Below, in pieces: positions 51,501 to 60,507 of a stretch of DNA of 64,000 bases. Numbering within the stretch: position 1 is the first letter of the stretch; each line of letters starts with the position of its first letter. The position numbers were made by a program, and so were the translations under genes. The notes under the pieces are model-generated. The model saw nothing but the letters and a program-made list of their open reading frames with translations, was not told the origin of the DNA and searched no databases. Source of the DNA: Oculina patagonica (Eukaryota); NCBI RefSeq assembly GCF_052425735.1, contig NC_135760.1, forward strand, positions 19,840,001 through 19,904,000, written 5' to 3'.

Positions 51501-53670
51501 TCTCTTCACCCAGGTGTATAAATCCATGGGTACTGGCAAAATAATGCTGGGGGTAACCCTGCAATGGACTGGTATCCCTATCAAGGGGAAGTAGAAATTT
51601 TCCTAGCGGAGAAACCAGGATGTGCTCCAGAAAGTATAAGCCACTTGGCTCATGGCTTTACCTCCCCTCTCTCTTATGTGTTCCTTTGTATGTCGGCATT
51701 TAAATAATGTATCAAAGTCTCCTATACGCCTTTTCAATTTCTGCCATGTTACCTGATCTCCCAAAATGTGGCAATAGGTGCCACAGGGTTCCACATCTCA
51801 ATGTGATCAGCTTGAAAGAACCACAGGAGAGTCTGCAAAACAAAGAAAACACAAGTTACATAAAACATGATTGTACATAAAAAATACATAAAAAAATTAC
51901 GTTCAACTTGTCAACCTTTTGATTCCCAAAAGGGAACAAATAATTGTACAAATGCCAAGCAGACAGGCGATGAGATAAATTTATTGAAAACCATCAAGTA
52001 ATAGTCTTAGTGTACATGTTCCACCAAATTCGCAGGATTTTAGATGAAAGATATATATGACTGCAACCAGTAAGTTCCATGGATTTTTAAAATATTTTGT
52101 GTTTAAATTTTGATACTGAAATTGTTAAATGAAGGGGGGGGGGGGGGGGTGTCAGACACACAGTGTGTGTGTCTGTGTGTTTATTGTGTCTTCTCAATAG
52201 GGCTCTTCAGATCCGCCGGAGCGCAAGTATGAGATGAAGTATGCGTACAAGATTGAGTACGAATACGACTTTTGAATTTCAATCTAGTTATGTCCCCAGA
52301 GCTCTCAGTCCTCCCTGTTGCTGACCAGTTGAAAAGGAGGCCAACTGGCATGAAACTGACAATCAAAAGCATAAGCACTAGGTTTGAAAATTTCTACTTC
52401 CACTGAATCACATTCTTGTACTCCGATCTGATGGTCCAGGTTATTATTGCTGTGGGAACAGATCATTGCTTTGATTAAGCTACAAACTGATTGTATATAC
52501 ACTGTACCTCAGCTGCTTCGTGTCTGATTTCAGAAGGTAAAGTGGGTGTTAACATGAGGTTGACCACACCCATTATAACTTGAGTTGAGTTCTTTTGAAT
52601 TTCCCAGCCATGAAGATCAGGATTCTGTTGAACAAAATGGTAATTGCGAAAATTACATTTTAAAGGAATAAGATTAAGTACTTAAAACTCAACCATGACA
52701 CTGTTGATAAACACCTTATACAAACACAGTTTAACTGTGGAAAATTGAACTTACATGAAAAGCAAAAACAGGATCTGCATGAAAAATTTTCACCAGCCAC
52801 AGCAGCAACTCTTTGTCTTGTTTCTTGTTGGAATGTAACTCATCTTCCTTGTGCTTCTTGTCTTTCACTTTGTAGATCTTGAAAAGAAGAATAGTTGCTT
52901 TTAATTAACACAATATTTTTTTGTTGTTTTTTTTTTTGTCCATTTGCCTTTTTGTTTAATTGTTTGTTTGGTCTTTTTTTGGTTGCAGTTGTTTTTTATG
53001 TTAGTTTGTCTGTTTGTAAGTTGGTTGCTTGTTTGGCTGCCTCACTAAGCAGTATGTTTGTTTGTTTGTTTGTTTGCTTGCAACCTTGCACTTTTGTTGC
53101 TTGCTTTCTTGATAGATAGACAGATAGATAGATGGATAAATTGATTGATTGATTGTTCATCAATTGGTCCGTAAACTACCATGATTACTGATTGTTTGTT
53201 TGTTTGTTTCTACTCACCTGGCTCAGCCTTGACTGTTGTCCCTCCTGTTCAGCAGTTTGAACCTTATTACAAATAGTCTGTTGAAGTACAAAATTGCAGG
53301 AAATACTCCCATCAACAAAGCACAAGACATGAAAGAAAGGGCAGATGAAAAAGAACAGAAACAGCATTTTAGCACACTGCTTATTTCGCATGACCCTTGT
53401 CACTACTTTTTTACACAGTAGAATGTCCAACATTTTGTGGGATAATAACTATTTTAGGTTAAGCAAGTGTTATTTACATCAACATGTTTTTCCAAAGATT
53501 CATGATTGGATACCTGCCTACTAGAATTTGTTACAAAGAGGTAACAATAATTCACAAATTAATCAGGGCTGGGAACTACATGAAGATGATTAACATACCA
53601 AGAAGATGTGTCTGAGAGCTTGAGCTTTAGAATGAAGTACATCAGCTCTGGGCCACCAACTCAGAGGAGT
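11970..53670 (-). CDS. NF1: Neurofibromin (Ras GTPase-activating protein), multi-exon, 5' exons outside the window
   Basis: 63 GT-AG exons with compatible phases, in transcript order: 53599-53670, 53218-53277, 52755-52877, 52508-52624, 51753-51832, 51012-51132, 50655-50714, 48963-49149, 48033-48106, 47782-47922, 46890-46972, 46518-46595, 45571-45628, 44880-44993, 44463-44501, 44102-44199, 43415-43487, 43062-43201, 42464-42577, 40898-41076, 40413-40483, 39827-39967, 39227-39310, 38454-38623, 37359-37451, 36796-36838, 35871-35952, 34008-34084, 33508-33605, 32369-32518, 31742-31840, 31363-31465, 31025-31080, 30624-30747, 29172-29309, 28309-28419, 27573-27620, 27273-27374, 26831-26968, 25432-25497, 24604-24721, 24063-24148, 23806-23903, 23005-23086, 22715-22804, 21839-21958, 21146-21263, 20657-20797, 19909-19977, 19517-19659, 19026-19087, 18337-18451, 17724-17804, 17525-17575, 17361-17450, 16440-16572, 16143-16230, 15623-15669, 14755-15035, 13826-13926, 13463-13608, 12824-12864, 11970-12341. 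Peptides recognisable from human NF1: [135 protein letters not shown]. Confidence 0.97.
12370..12548 (+). mobile_element. Partial copy of the CCAAT-rich TAGAGCAGTTTTCA MITE
   Basis: gagcggttttcaactgagtg...ccaatcacaaagaacacagacaatccag..., matching 23497-23780. Confidence 0.7.
12909..13080 (-). mobile_element. tRNA-derived SINE, partial
   Basis: Reverse complement of the core of the 39476-39771 element (ctctctccacccaggtgtataaa.gggtacc). Confidence 0.75.
13983..14270 (-). mobile_element. tRNA-derived SINE, near full length
   Basis: Same family as 39476-39771, reverse orientation. Confidence 0.8.
15425..15500. repeat. Compound microsatellite (AAT)n(CAT)n
   Basis: Visible directly in the sequence. 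Confidence 0.95.
16685..16766 (+). tRNA. tRNA-Leu (anticodon TAG)
   Basis: GGTAGCG acceptor pairing with CGCTGCC-A, D-arm TGGCCGAGTGGTCTAAGG, anticodon arm CTGGT-TTTAGGC-ACCAG, long variable arm, GGTTCGAATCC, downstream T-run terminator. Intronic and antisense to NF1. Confidence 0.95.
18541..18622 (+). tRNA. tRNA-Leu (anticodon TAG), identical second copy
   Basis: 82 nt identical to 16685-16766, followed by TTTT terminators. In a different NF1 intron. Confidence 0.95.
19169..19514. mobile_element. MITE abutting an NF1 splice donor
   Basis: tagtgtaacc...cacagcggtcaaacgc at the left and gcgtttgaccgctgtg...ggtattacgtt at the right. Confidence 0.55.
20091..20378 (-). mobile_element. tRNA-derived SINE with target-site duplication
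   Basis: Same family as 39476-39771, flanked by atcccgattgtaa on both sides (about 20081-20093 and 20380-20392). Confidence 0.8.
21383..21780. mobile_element. CCCGGG-terminated MITE
   Basis: cccggggggtact...tatatgggtatgtgccgc ... ccctccc..ccggg; same family as 32956-33396. Confidence 0.6.
22168..22512 (-). mobile_element. Penelope-like retroelement 3' fragment (GIY-YIG C-terminus plus pLTR with mutated hammerhead)
   Basis: The minus strand encodes [24 protein letters not shown], resembling the end of PLE GIY-YIG domains. It continues into UGACU-CUGAAGA-...-GUC-GUAA-CGUC-AGUUA (22256-22300) and the pLTR end ctcctgggttcaaaccatttac. Confidence 0.75.
23497..23780 (+). mobile_element. CCAAT-rich MITE (TIR TAGAGCAGTTTTCA.TTGAGTGTCG)
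   Basis: Clear TIRs; copies at 27787-28071 (+) and 35513-35775 (-). Confidence 0.85.
26831..31465 (-). CDS. NF1: NF1 exons encoding the Sec14-PH module
   Basis: [29 protein letters not shown]...[47 protein letters not shown]. Confidence 0.93.
27787..28071 (+). mobile_element. CCAAT-rich MITE, second full copy
   Basis: Co-linear with 23497-23780. Confidence 0.85.
28928..29097. mobile_element. Fold-back (palindromic) miniature element
   Basis: Imperfect ~75-bp arms aatagccgattccctctatagcg...cgcgagact and agtctcgcg...cgctatagagggaatcggttatt around a ~20-bp loop. Confidence 0.75.
29444..30064. mobile_element. TTAA-flanked (Kolobok-like) non-autonomous element carrying a captured NF1 exon/intron fragment
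   Basis: ttaa|agggactatgtcacgga ... tccgtgacatagtccct|ttaa. The internal 29498-29648 copies 30520-30670, and the left end is duplicated at 29648-29736. Confidence 0.7.
30101..30475. mobile_element. Adjacent related TTAA (Kolobok-like) MITE
   Basis: ttaa|aggggctttgtcgcgga ... ccgtgacatggcccct; co-linear with 29684-30064. Confidence 0.7.
32956..33396. mobile_element. hAT-like MITE (CCCGGG ends, 8-bp TSD) nested in another repeat (about 32771-33500)
   Basis: acattttc|cccgggggg...tactcccata ... atgggagtacccccccggg|acattttc. Confidence 0.8.
33508..39967 (-). CDS. NF1: NF1 exons encoding the GAP-related (RasGAP) domain
   Basis: Arginine finger TLFRGNS (exon 38454-38623), FLR motif [13 protein letters not shown] (35871-35952), and SK|[11 protein letters not shown] across exons 34008-34084 and 33508-33605. 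Confidence 0.95.
34247..34421. mobile_element. Tc1/mariner-like MITE with TA TSD
   Basis: ta|cagtcaactcttg ... gcgaaggttgactg|ta. Confidence 0.65.
34474..35439. mobile_element. Long-TIR fold-back element built from ATCGAT/ATCAAT-rich units
   Basis: ccaggcataactaatcgatga ... atcgattagttatgcctgg; ~200-bp repetitive arms; tgaacg direct repeat on both flanks. Confidence 0.8.
35513..35775 (-). mobile_element. CCAAT-rich MITE, reverse copy
   Basis: Reverse complement of the 23497-23780 family. Confidence 0.8.
35994..36498. mobile_element. TTAA-flanked Kolobok-like MITE
   Basis: ttaa|agggactgtgtcacg ... cgtgacacagtccct|ttaa. Confidence 0.8.
39476..39771 (+). mobile_element. Full-length tRNA-derived SINE (further copies or fragments at about 17895-18015, 37853-37940, 38236-38308, 41150-41410, 48690-48941, 51400-51662)
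   Basis: A box ggtggcctaatggttag, B box gggttcgagg, central core ttcttgggcaagacac...ccacccaggtgtataaatgggtacc, 3' tail gcagactttacctt. Confidence 0.85.
41650..42399. mobile_element. Harbinger-like MITE (GGGYGCTTTCCATT TIRs) interrupted by other repeat fragments
   Basis: agggtgctttccattcaaccaaaa at 41651 and ttttggtcgaatggaaagcgccc at about 42377-42399. Confidence 0.55.
45735..46204 (+). mobile_element. TACCGTA-TIR MITE with ATAAGCGCCC repeats
   Basis: taccgtaatgattcgatttagcg ... cgctaaatctaatcattacggta. Confidence 0.85.
47151..47327. mobile_element. P-element-like MITE with 7-bp TSD
   Basis: atgcaag|cagggttgtca ... tgacaaccctg|atgcaag. Confidence 0.7.
48496..48692. mobile_element. MITE (TGTGTRGTTCCA TIRs)
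   Basis: atgtgtggttccagaaaatgtccatac ... gtatggataatttatggaactacaca. Confidence 0.7.
49457..49968 (-). mobile_element. Inverted second copy of the 45735-46204 MITE, nested in another repeat (about 49315-50170)
   Basis: Reverse-complement similarity along its length. Confidence 0.85.
52900..53210. repeat. Degenerate (GTTT)n/(GATA)n/(GATT)n simple repeats
   Basis: Visible directly; these fill an NF1 intron. Confidence 0.75.
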
Positions 53671-55579
53671 CTAGACAATAGGTAAAAATAAATTAAAGGG
53701 CTTGTTGGTCGAAGAAATACTTTGTCTGGATTTTTTAGCAACTAATATAATTCTAAAAGTCTGAGTCAAGCCTTTTCAGGAATTTTCAAGGAATGACTGA
53801 TTTTCCAAAACTCCAAAATTCACATAAACCCTTTCATTTCCAAGATCTCAATATTATTTCTCCTTACTGTCATCCATACATTTCTTATAATGTTTGTTCT
53901 GAGAATTCTGGTGTTACTTGAGTTAAACAGATTTCCAGACCTTTCCAAGACTATTATGAATCTTTTTTGCAGGGCTTTCCAGTCCTGGAATGTGCCACAA
54001 TAAAATTCCAGGACTTTCCAGGTTTTCCAGGACCTGAACGAACCCTGATTTATCAATGTACACATATGTGACCCTCCACGGGAAAACAGGTAAAATGGTG
54101 ATGACACGGGCACGCTAATTTGACACGCTAAACAAAGGAAAATTCTGTTGACACGCAAGCACCGTGTCAGAACGCACGAATCATTAAAATTTTCTTTTGT
54201 TATAAATGGCACGGAAAAACAAAGGAGCGTGTTCAATCTAACAAAGAAGTGTGTCAGCATTTGCAAAACAAAAACAGCGACCAAATGACACGCTTAGCGA
54301 GCGAAATGACACGCTAAGCGAGCAAAATAACACACTAAGCGAGTGAACTATTTACCGTGTCGAAATGCACACTAGACTACTATAAACTCGCTGAGTGTTT
54401 TCACTTACCTACCGGGCGGCTCGTCGAAAGTTCCGTGAAGACATTTTGAACAGTTCATTCGTATGCGCCTTTAAGACCATTGTTTGTAGATTCTACTTCT
54501 AAAACTCGTGTTTCTCGAGCGAAATATTTTAATCCGTCACATGGTTTCCATGAAAATACACCACCGACATTTTCCAAAAGCGAGACATGCTGACGGTAGT
54601 GTTGAAACGTAACTTTGCACGACCACCGTTTCTAAATGTAATTCAAGGAAAAGAACGGATACCCGAGACGTATTTTTCACATATTCAAAGAAAATAACTT
54701 TCGTATTTTTACATGAAACTAACGTGAACTTCGTGATAACCAAAAGTGCCGTGTTTATAAGCGAATGACTCACATGTCTCACTTTTGTTAATTCGATTCG
54801 AAAACGTCTCGGATAATATTGATCGAATAACTCGCTTTTTGTGGTGCAGGCTTTTGCTCTAGCTTTTGAAGCCATTTTATGATTTTTGCTTCGTGTGAAA
54901 CGTACAGCGAAATCGCTCTTTTCGATCTAAAACACTAATACTGTTTACAGACGTCGGGAACTAAACATTTTGCAGAGCACGAAATCCTTGACCAAATTAG
55001 GAATCAAATGTCAACAAAACGCTATCCGCTGATCGACTACAAGCGCTTTTGTGTGAAATAAAAAAGTCGGTTTTTATTTGGGCCAGCGAAGGATCGTGAC
55101 GGAAGGAAGCTTTCCCGTACGAACGAAGAGCTTTCCACGTTGCAGAAAAGCTCTTCGTTCTACGGGAACGCTTTGCTATTAGACATAAAAACTCCCAAGT
55201 CATCAACTTTCAAAAGCCAGTTTATTACTTATATACAAACATTTCCTGACATTTCCCAAGGTCAGATGCTAATCAATTCCGTCACTAAAAGTAGAAAATA
55301 AAATACATTGTCCTTTTGAAAATAAATCTTCATGTGAAATCATTTTTCTCGCTTAAACTGAATTAACTTGTATTAAAACGCTAAATGAAACGCCCTAAAA
55401 AAAACAAAAATTACAATGCTCTTTCGGAAATAAATCTTTACAAATCTTTTTTTTTTTGCTTAAACTGAGTCAACTCTTAAACGCTAAATGAAACGTCTTA
55501 ATAGCAAGAAGCTGAAGTTAAAGAAAGCTACCCTTGGTAAGTATTCCGTTTACACTATATATTTGTCAAGTTTGTAATA

Positions 55580-58500
55580 CTAAACGTTTGTTTGTTTCTG
55601 TAGCCTTCGAAGTACAGTCCTTCTTTTTCCTCGACATTTCGTATTTAGGCGATGTCGTACATTCTCCCATTGATCTGAGAACACTGGTGACTCGAATTTC
55701 TGGCGGAGCGCCGTTTTAAGGAATCGTAACTTCAGGTCGTCCAGCTGAGTGTATCCGCAGGAGCCAGACGTGTTCCCGTTTGCCAACTCTTCCTCCGTAA
55801 AAAGAACGTCAGCACATGCCATGGCAGTGGTGATAATCTGAGACCCCATGAAGACTAGGGCTTCAACTTTCCGCCGCTGCTCATCTGTAGGCCCACTGCG
55901 GTGTGTTGCTTGAAGATTCTGGTTTACAGTGGACAGTGGTGATCGAAGCGGAAAGGACTGTGCAACGTTGTTCTGGCTGATAAATGGAGGTCTTGGTGTG
56001 AAGGCTCGATTCTGGCTCGTACTAACGGGGATGTTCTGAAGGACTGAATCCTGGACAATGCACACTGGCTCCACGGGCCCTGAAGGTGATGGAGTCTCTG
56101 CAACCGTGTCCATGCTCTCGAACGGCAAAATGTCACTTAGTGATTCTGCTAAGGTGTCACTAAACAGTGGAGGACTTGGGTCTTTCTCGTCTATAGCCCG
56201 CAGCGCAGTTAGATCCGCCACTACCTTAGTGAGCTGTCTCACTTGTTCTTTCAGGTCCTCCATGACGTCAGCCGGGAAGTCCGTCTGCACTGCTACATCT
56301 GAGGGTTTTTTTGAGTCATCGGTCGCCTGTCTTTCACACTGGGTGGCTGCTTCGTTCGTTGATTTTTTCGGCCTCGCCTTGCTAAGACGCTGGTGCTTCA
56401 AATGGGCCTCGCGTTCATTTTGTTCAGCCAAGAATATTGCTAGCTGTTGAACCTACAAGTAAATAAATGTAAATACATGTAAATAAAACATCACAGTTAA
56501 AAATATACCCAAAGAAAAATCAGATACAGTAAAATTTATTTTCCTGGAGGTAAAAAAAGGAGGTTGTGGTTTTCGTGTTCTTCTCCTGAAGTTTTTTGTC
56601 ACTAATGGTACGGTCGGCTCTGTATTGACGTATTAACGAATTTTAGTTTATTTAGTTTAAAAGAAAACGTGCAGATTTAGTCTTTTTGGTGGAAAAATAC
56701 ATAGAGAGATATAAGTTCAAAAGCGAGCGCGTGCATTTACGTCAATGCATAATTATACGTATAAACTTTTTCCATTGTTGTCATTAGCAAAGAAAAATTG
56801 ACTTCGACACTGAACAAATTTCTGTCTTTAAAATTTTTTACTTCATGGTACTGTTCTTAGCCGGCAGCAAGGATACTCCGGGCAAGGCAACATTAAAAGG
56901 TAAGCATTAATTTCTTATTATAAATCAAAAGGAGAACAACGCATTATTCATTTATCCTGGAAGTTATAATCAGGCGAGAAATGCGAATACAACCTGTAAG
57001 CGTATGGCAAATGTATGTAAAAAATCGTTGCGATTTCGAACTTAAAAAGACATATCACATTTTCTTAACGTAAACGTTTCGCGATAATGTAACCTGGATT
57101 GTGCCTCGTCTTGCTAGTTACGACCCTGCGCTGTATTTGATATTTTACTTTGGACCTTTAGTACATCATCGCAAGATATCTTTTAAAAACATTCTATAGT
57201 AACTACACTTAACATTATATAATATTAATAAGCGAACGCAAGTTACGAGCGAAACTGATCGGTATCCGGTCACTTCGTTCCAAAGTCACTTTGTTCCATG
57301 TCAAGTCATTCCAAACAATAGTCAGGTTGTTTCACACAATATAAACAGATCATTTTAGAAGAAATAGGCAGTTAGAAAAAAAATGTCAAACTAGTGAGAA
57401 TGCTCCACTTATGCGCCTCGTTATTTTCCGTGTTGAAAATTTGTGTGCACGCATAGTCATTTAACGCGCATTTCAAGCCCTAGCTAGGTTTCAAGCTGAT
57501 ACACATTTTCGACTTCTTTACATTTTCATCGAGCAAAAATATTTTCTTAACATTTTCGTCGTTTTTAAAGTGAAATGATCTGACTATTCTCTGAAACATT
57601 TTGATGTCGAACGAAGTGGCCATGGAACTAAGTGAACGTAAAGCTTAGATATCGAGCAATGACAATGACACGCGCTACTTTCCTTCTAAATAGACCTCAT
57701 AAACGCTGGACTAGCGCGAGCTGTTAACGCTCCATATTGGCTACTGACGTTACTCGAACAAGTCATTTCTTAAATACGATAGCAACACGTATTTTTTTTT
57801 GCTTTTCAATGTTTCTGTTCTTTTAAATGAAATTAGCTAGTAGCGCGTGCATTGCACTGTAATCAGCGAACACAGAACAGTAACAAGTTATAGTTTTGTC
57901 ATCTGTTAAGACGGAATCCACTAGGAAGTCGAGTAATATTTATTAAAGTTGGACAAAAATCAATTTCCAGAATAATTTAAATCCTATTGCGTTATTTCCT
58001 ACCCTTAATAAAAGGTAAAGATGTAAGTAATTATCCGTGACAACACCAACAACAATTTCTTATTAGAGTCTGAGAAAATGAATTTCAAAGTTCACAAGGT
58101 ATGGGCAAAATCTCACGTGTAGCCATTTTGTAAATTCGTCTTAAGCGATTCAGTGGAATTCAGCGGAACTTCAAAATGTGTTTTCGATGTGTGGTGTTGT
58201 TAGAAAAGATTTCTTTTGATAAGATATTTGAAGCAGTAACAAAAAAGTTTGCAATAAGGGGGAAATAATTCTGGTACAACAATTTCTTATCAGAGTCTGA
58301 GAAAATGATATTTTAAGTTCACAAGCTATGGGCAAAAGCTTACATCTTTTAAGAGATTCAGTGGAATTCAGCGGAACTTAAAAATGTGTTTTCGATGTGT
58401 GGTGTTGTTAGAAAAGATTTCTTTCGATAAGATATTTGAAGCAGTAACACAAAAGCTTGCAATCAGGTGAAAATAGTTTTGGTACATAATGTTGTCCAAC

Positions 58501-59077
58501 AACTACTCGAAGTCCTGGCGGATTTCCTCTTAATTTCTTTAGCACGTTTGTCCGTAAGGTCAAAAACTATTGAAATTTATGTTGTAATCATTCTCTTACC
58601 TCATCAGTGGAAGTTTTATTCTTTTTAGCTTGGCTAGAGACATCATCCAGGTTCTCTCCGGATCTCTTTCTTCCAGTGACTTCAGTGGAGGGTTGCTTGC
58701 TGAAAAGATGTGCATTGGCTGGATCTTCGACGAAAGCCTTTTCCTCTGCGTTAAGTTTCTTTACGTCATCTAGAATAGGAAAAAACATCGTTAGAAAGTA
58801 TGAACAAATAAATAAATGGAAAAGGACAGAAAATCAACTTCAGCACAACATTAGCAAAAGGGCATGTGCACTTACCATCTACTGCAATGACCATTGCATC
58901 TAGTAAGCTGCGTCCGCTTTTGACATTTACAGCAGTGTTCCTCGCTGGCTTGGTCTCGAACGTCTTTTCACTTTCTTTCATTCGTAATTTTTTAGTGTCA
59001 ACAACACATGTTGTTTGGTCAACAGCAAAATAAACAAGCGTTAACTTTGGAACTTTGGTGAGATTTCGAACAGACAT
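55580..59077 (-). CDS. Spliced BEN-domain protein (about 414 aa; exons 58876-59077, 58600-58769, 55580-56452)
   Basis: GT-AG junctions with matching phases (1, then 0). C-terminus ADVLFTEEELANGNTSG...LDDLKLRFLKTALRQKF...WENVRHRLNTKCR fits the BEN pattern. Coiled coil EDLKEQVRQLTKVVADL. N-terminal LVYFAVDQTTCVV...AMVIAVDDD resembles the BEND5-type N-terminal module. Extra small exons cannot be excluded. Confidence 0.7.
57267..57637. mobile_element. MITE in an intron of the BEN gene
   Basis: cggtcacttcgttcca ... tggaactaagtgaacg, with repeated GTCACTT.GTTC units. Confidence 0.55.
58049..58487. repeat. Two tandem copies of a ~210-230-bp unit
   Basis: aacaatttcttat.agagtctgagaaaatga...gattcagtggaattcagcggaactt...ggtaca, occurring twice. 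Confidence 0.9.
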
Positions 59078-59809
59078 TTCCTCAACTTAATTTCAACTCT
59101 GGAGCAAGGCAGTCAGAAACAAGTTCTACGATAAGAAAATAACAAGATCATCCACTCGCTTTATACGATGTTAGTGGAACGTGATTAGCAATTAGCCAAT
59201 CAAAACGAAGTCTTTCAAAGTATGCTTACAGAAGGTTAACAATAGGTGTGACTCGCGCGAGGTGCTAATTTTTTTCCATTGTTGATGAGACAATTATCCC
59301 TCTGCCAAAAAGCGGCGGTAAATTTTAAAATTAAGTGTATTACTTCTAAAGAGACTTGTGATGCGTCGGCGTGCAAGAAAACCTTTTTTATTCCTTTTAT
59401 AAATCATTTGACACACCGGCGTCCATAGGGGAGAACCAAGAATTTTTGTTTTGTTTACACGAACTTTTCAAACGGGTTTAACTCTCAGTCTTTGAAAAAT
59501 ACACCGAAAGAAGGAGGCGAGGAACAAATCAAATTTCAATTGCGAAATTAAGTTTGACTGCGGTGTAATTAAAAACACTAACTCTATAAGTCTGTTTCTC
59601 TTTCCTATTTTTATGGGTTTTAACCGAACAGAAAAAAAAAACAATTTGACAAGCCATCCAGACGTTTTTCTTTATTTTATATTAACAATAATGTGGATTA
59701 CTTTCTAAACAGACTTGTGATTCGTCGGCGTGCAAGGCAAAAATTAGACTTTCTAAAAGTCATAATTAGTCCTATTGTAAATCATTTGACACACCGGAGT
59801 TTGCTTATT

Positions 59810-60292
59810 TTCTTGCAAGAAAAGTTCATAATTCTTCGCGGCGCATCATATAAACTTAAAAAGAACATCGTTTCTTCTGATTGAAATCACTTCGCCGTTT
59901 AAATCACCGATAAAAGAAACAGATATGAATTTACGCCAAATAAAACCAGAGATATGATTTTTTTTTGCTATTAAAGTCGTGACGCTTCAAAAGACAATAA
60001 ATTCACAAACAAGTCCAGCCGGCGCGTGCGATAAGACCGAAAGTTTTTTCATGCAAAAAGAGTTCATAAACGTTCACGGCGCGTCATATTAACTCTAATA
60101 GAACATATTTTCTACTTATTGAAATCACTTTACCGTTTAAATCGCCCATTTACGCCAAATAAAACCAGAGACATGATTTTTTTTTTGCTAAGCCGTGACG
60201 CTTCAATAGACAATCAATTCACAAACAAGTCTAGCCGGCGCGTGCGATAAGATCGAAAGTTCAACTTGCAAAAAAAGTTCATAAACGTTCAC
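59810..60292. repeat. Two tandem copies (plus a partial third) of a ~230-bp unit; also an 85-100-bp direct repeat at about 59335-59420 and 59692-59797
   Basis: aaaagttcataa...atttacgccaaataaaaccagaga...agccggcgcgtgcgataaga.cgaaagtt, occurring twice. Confidence 0.85.
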
Positions 60293-60507
60293 GTTGTTAT
60301 TGTTTTGTAACAGCTTGTAATTACCCAGTAAAACAAATATAAATCAATCTAAATGTTTTTATTTTGTACAAAGACTTCAAAAACAAACATTCCACATTGA
60401 AATCACACATTGTTGACATTGGAATAACTCTAGAACAATATTTTCAATCCAGCGTGAACTAACATTAACGATACATAAGTGTTGATTTCTAAATAAATAC
60501 ACTGTTT

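Noticed and set aside
56528-56585. Possible extra exon of the BEN gene (and another at about 58505-58566)
   Set aside because: The 58-nt length breaks the frame, and the other candidate has a weak donor; left out of the model.
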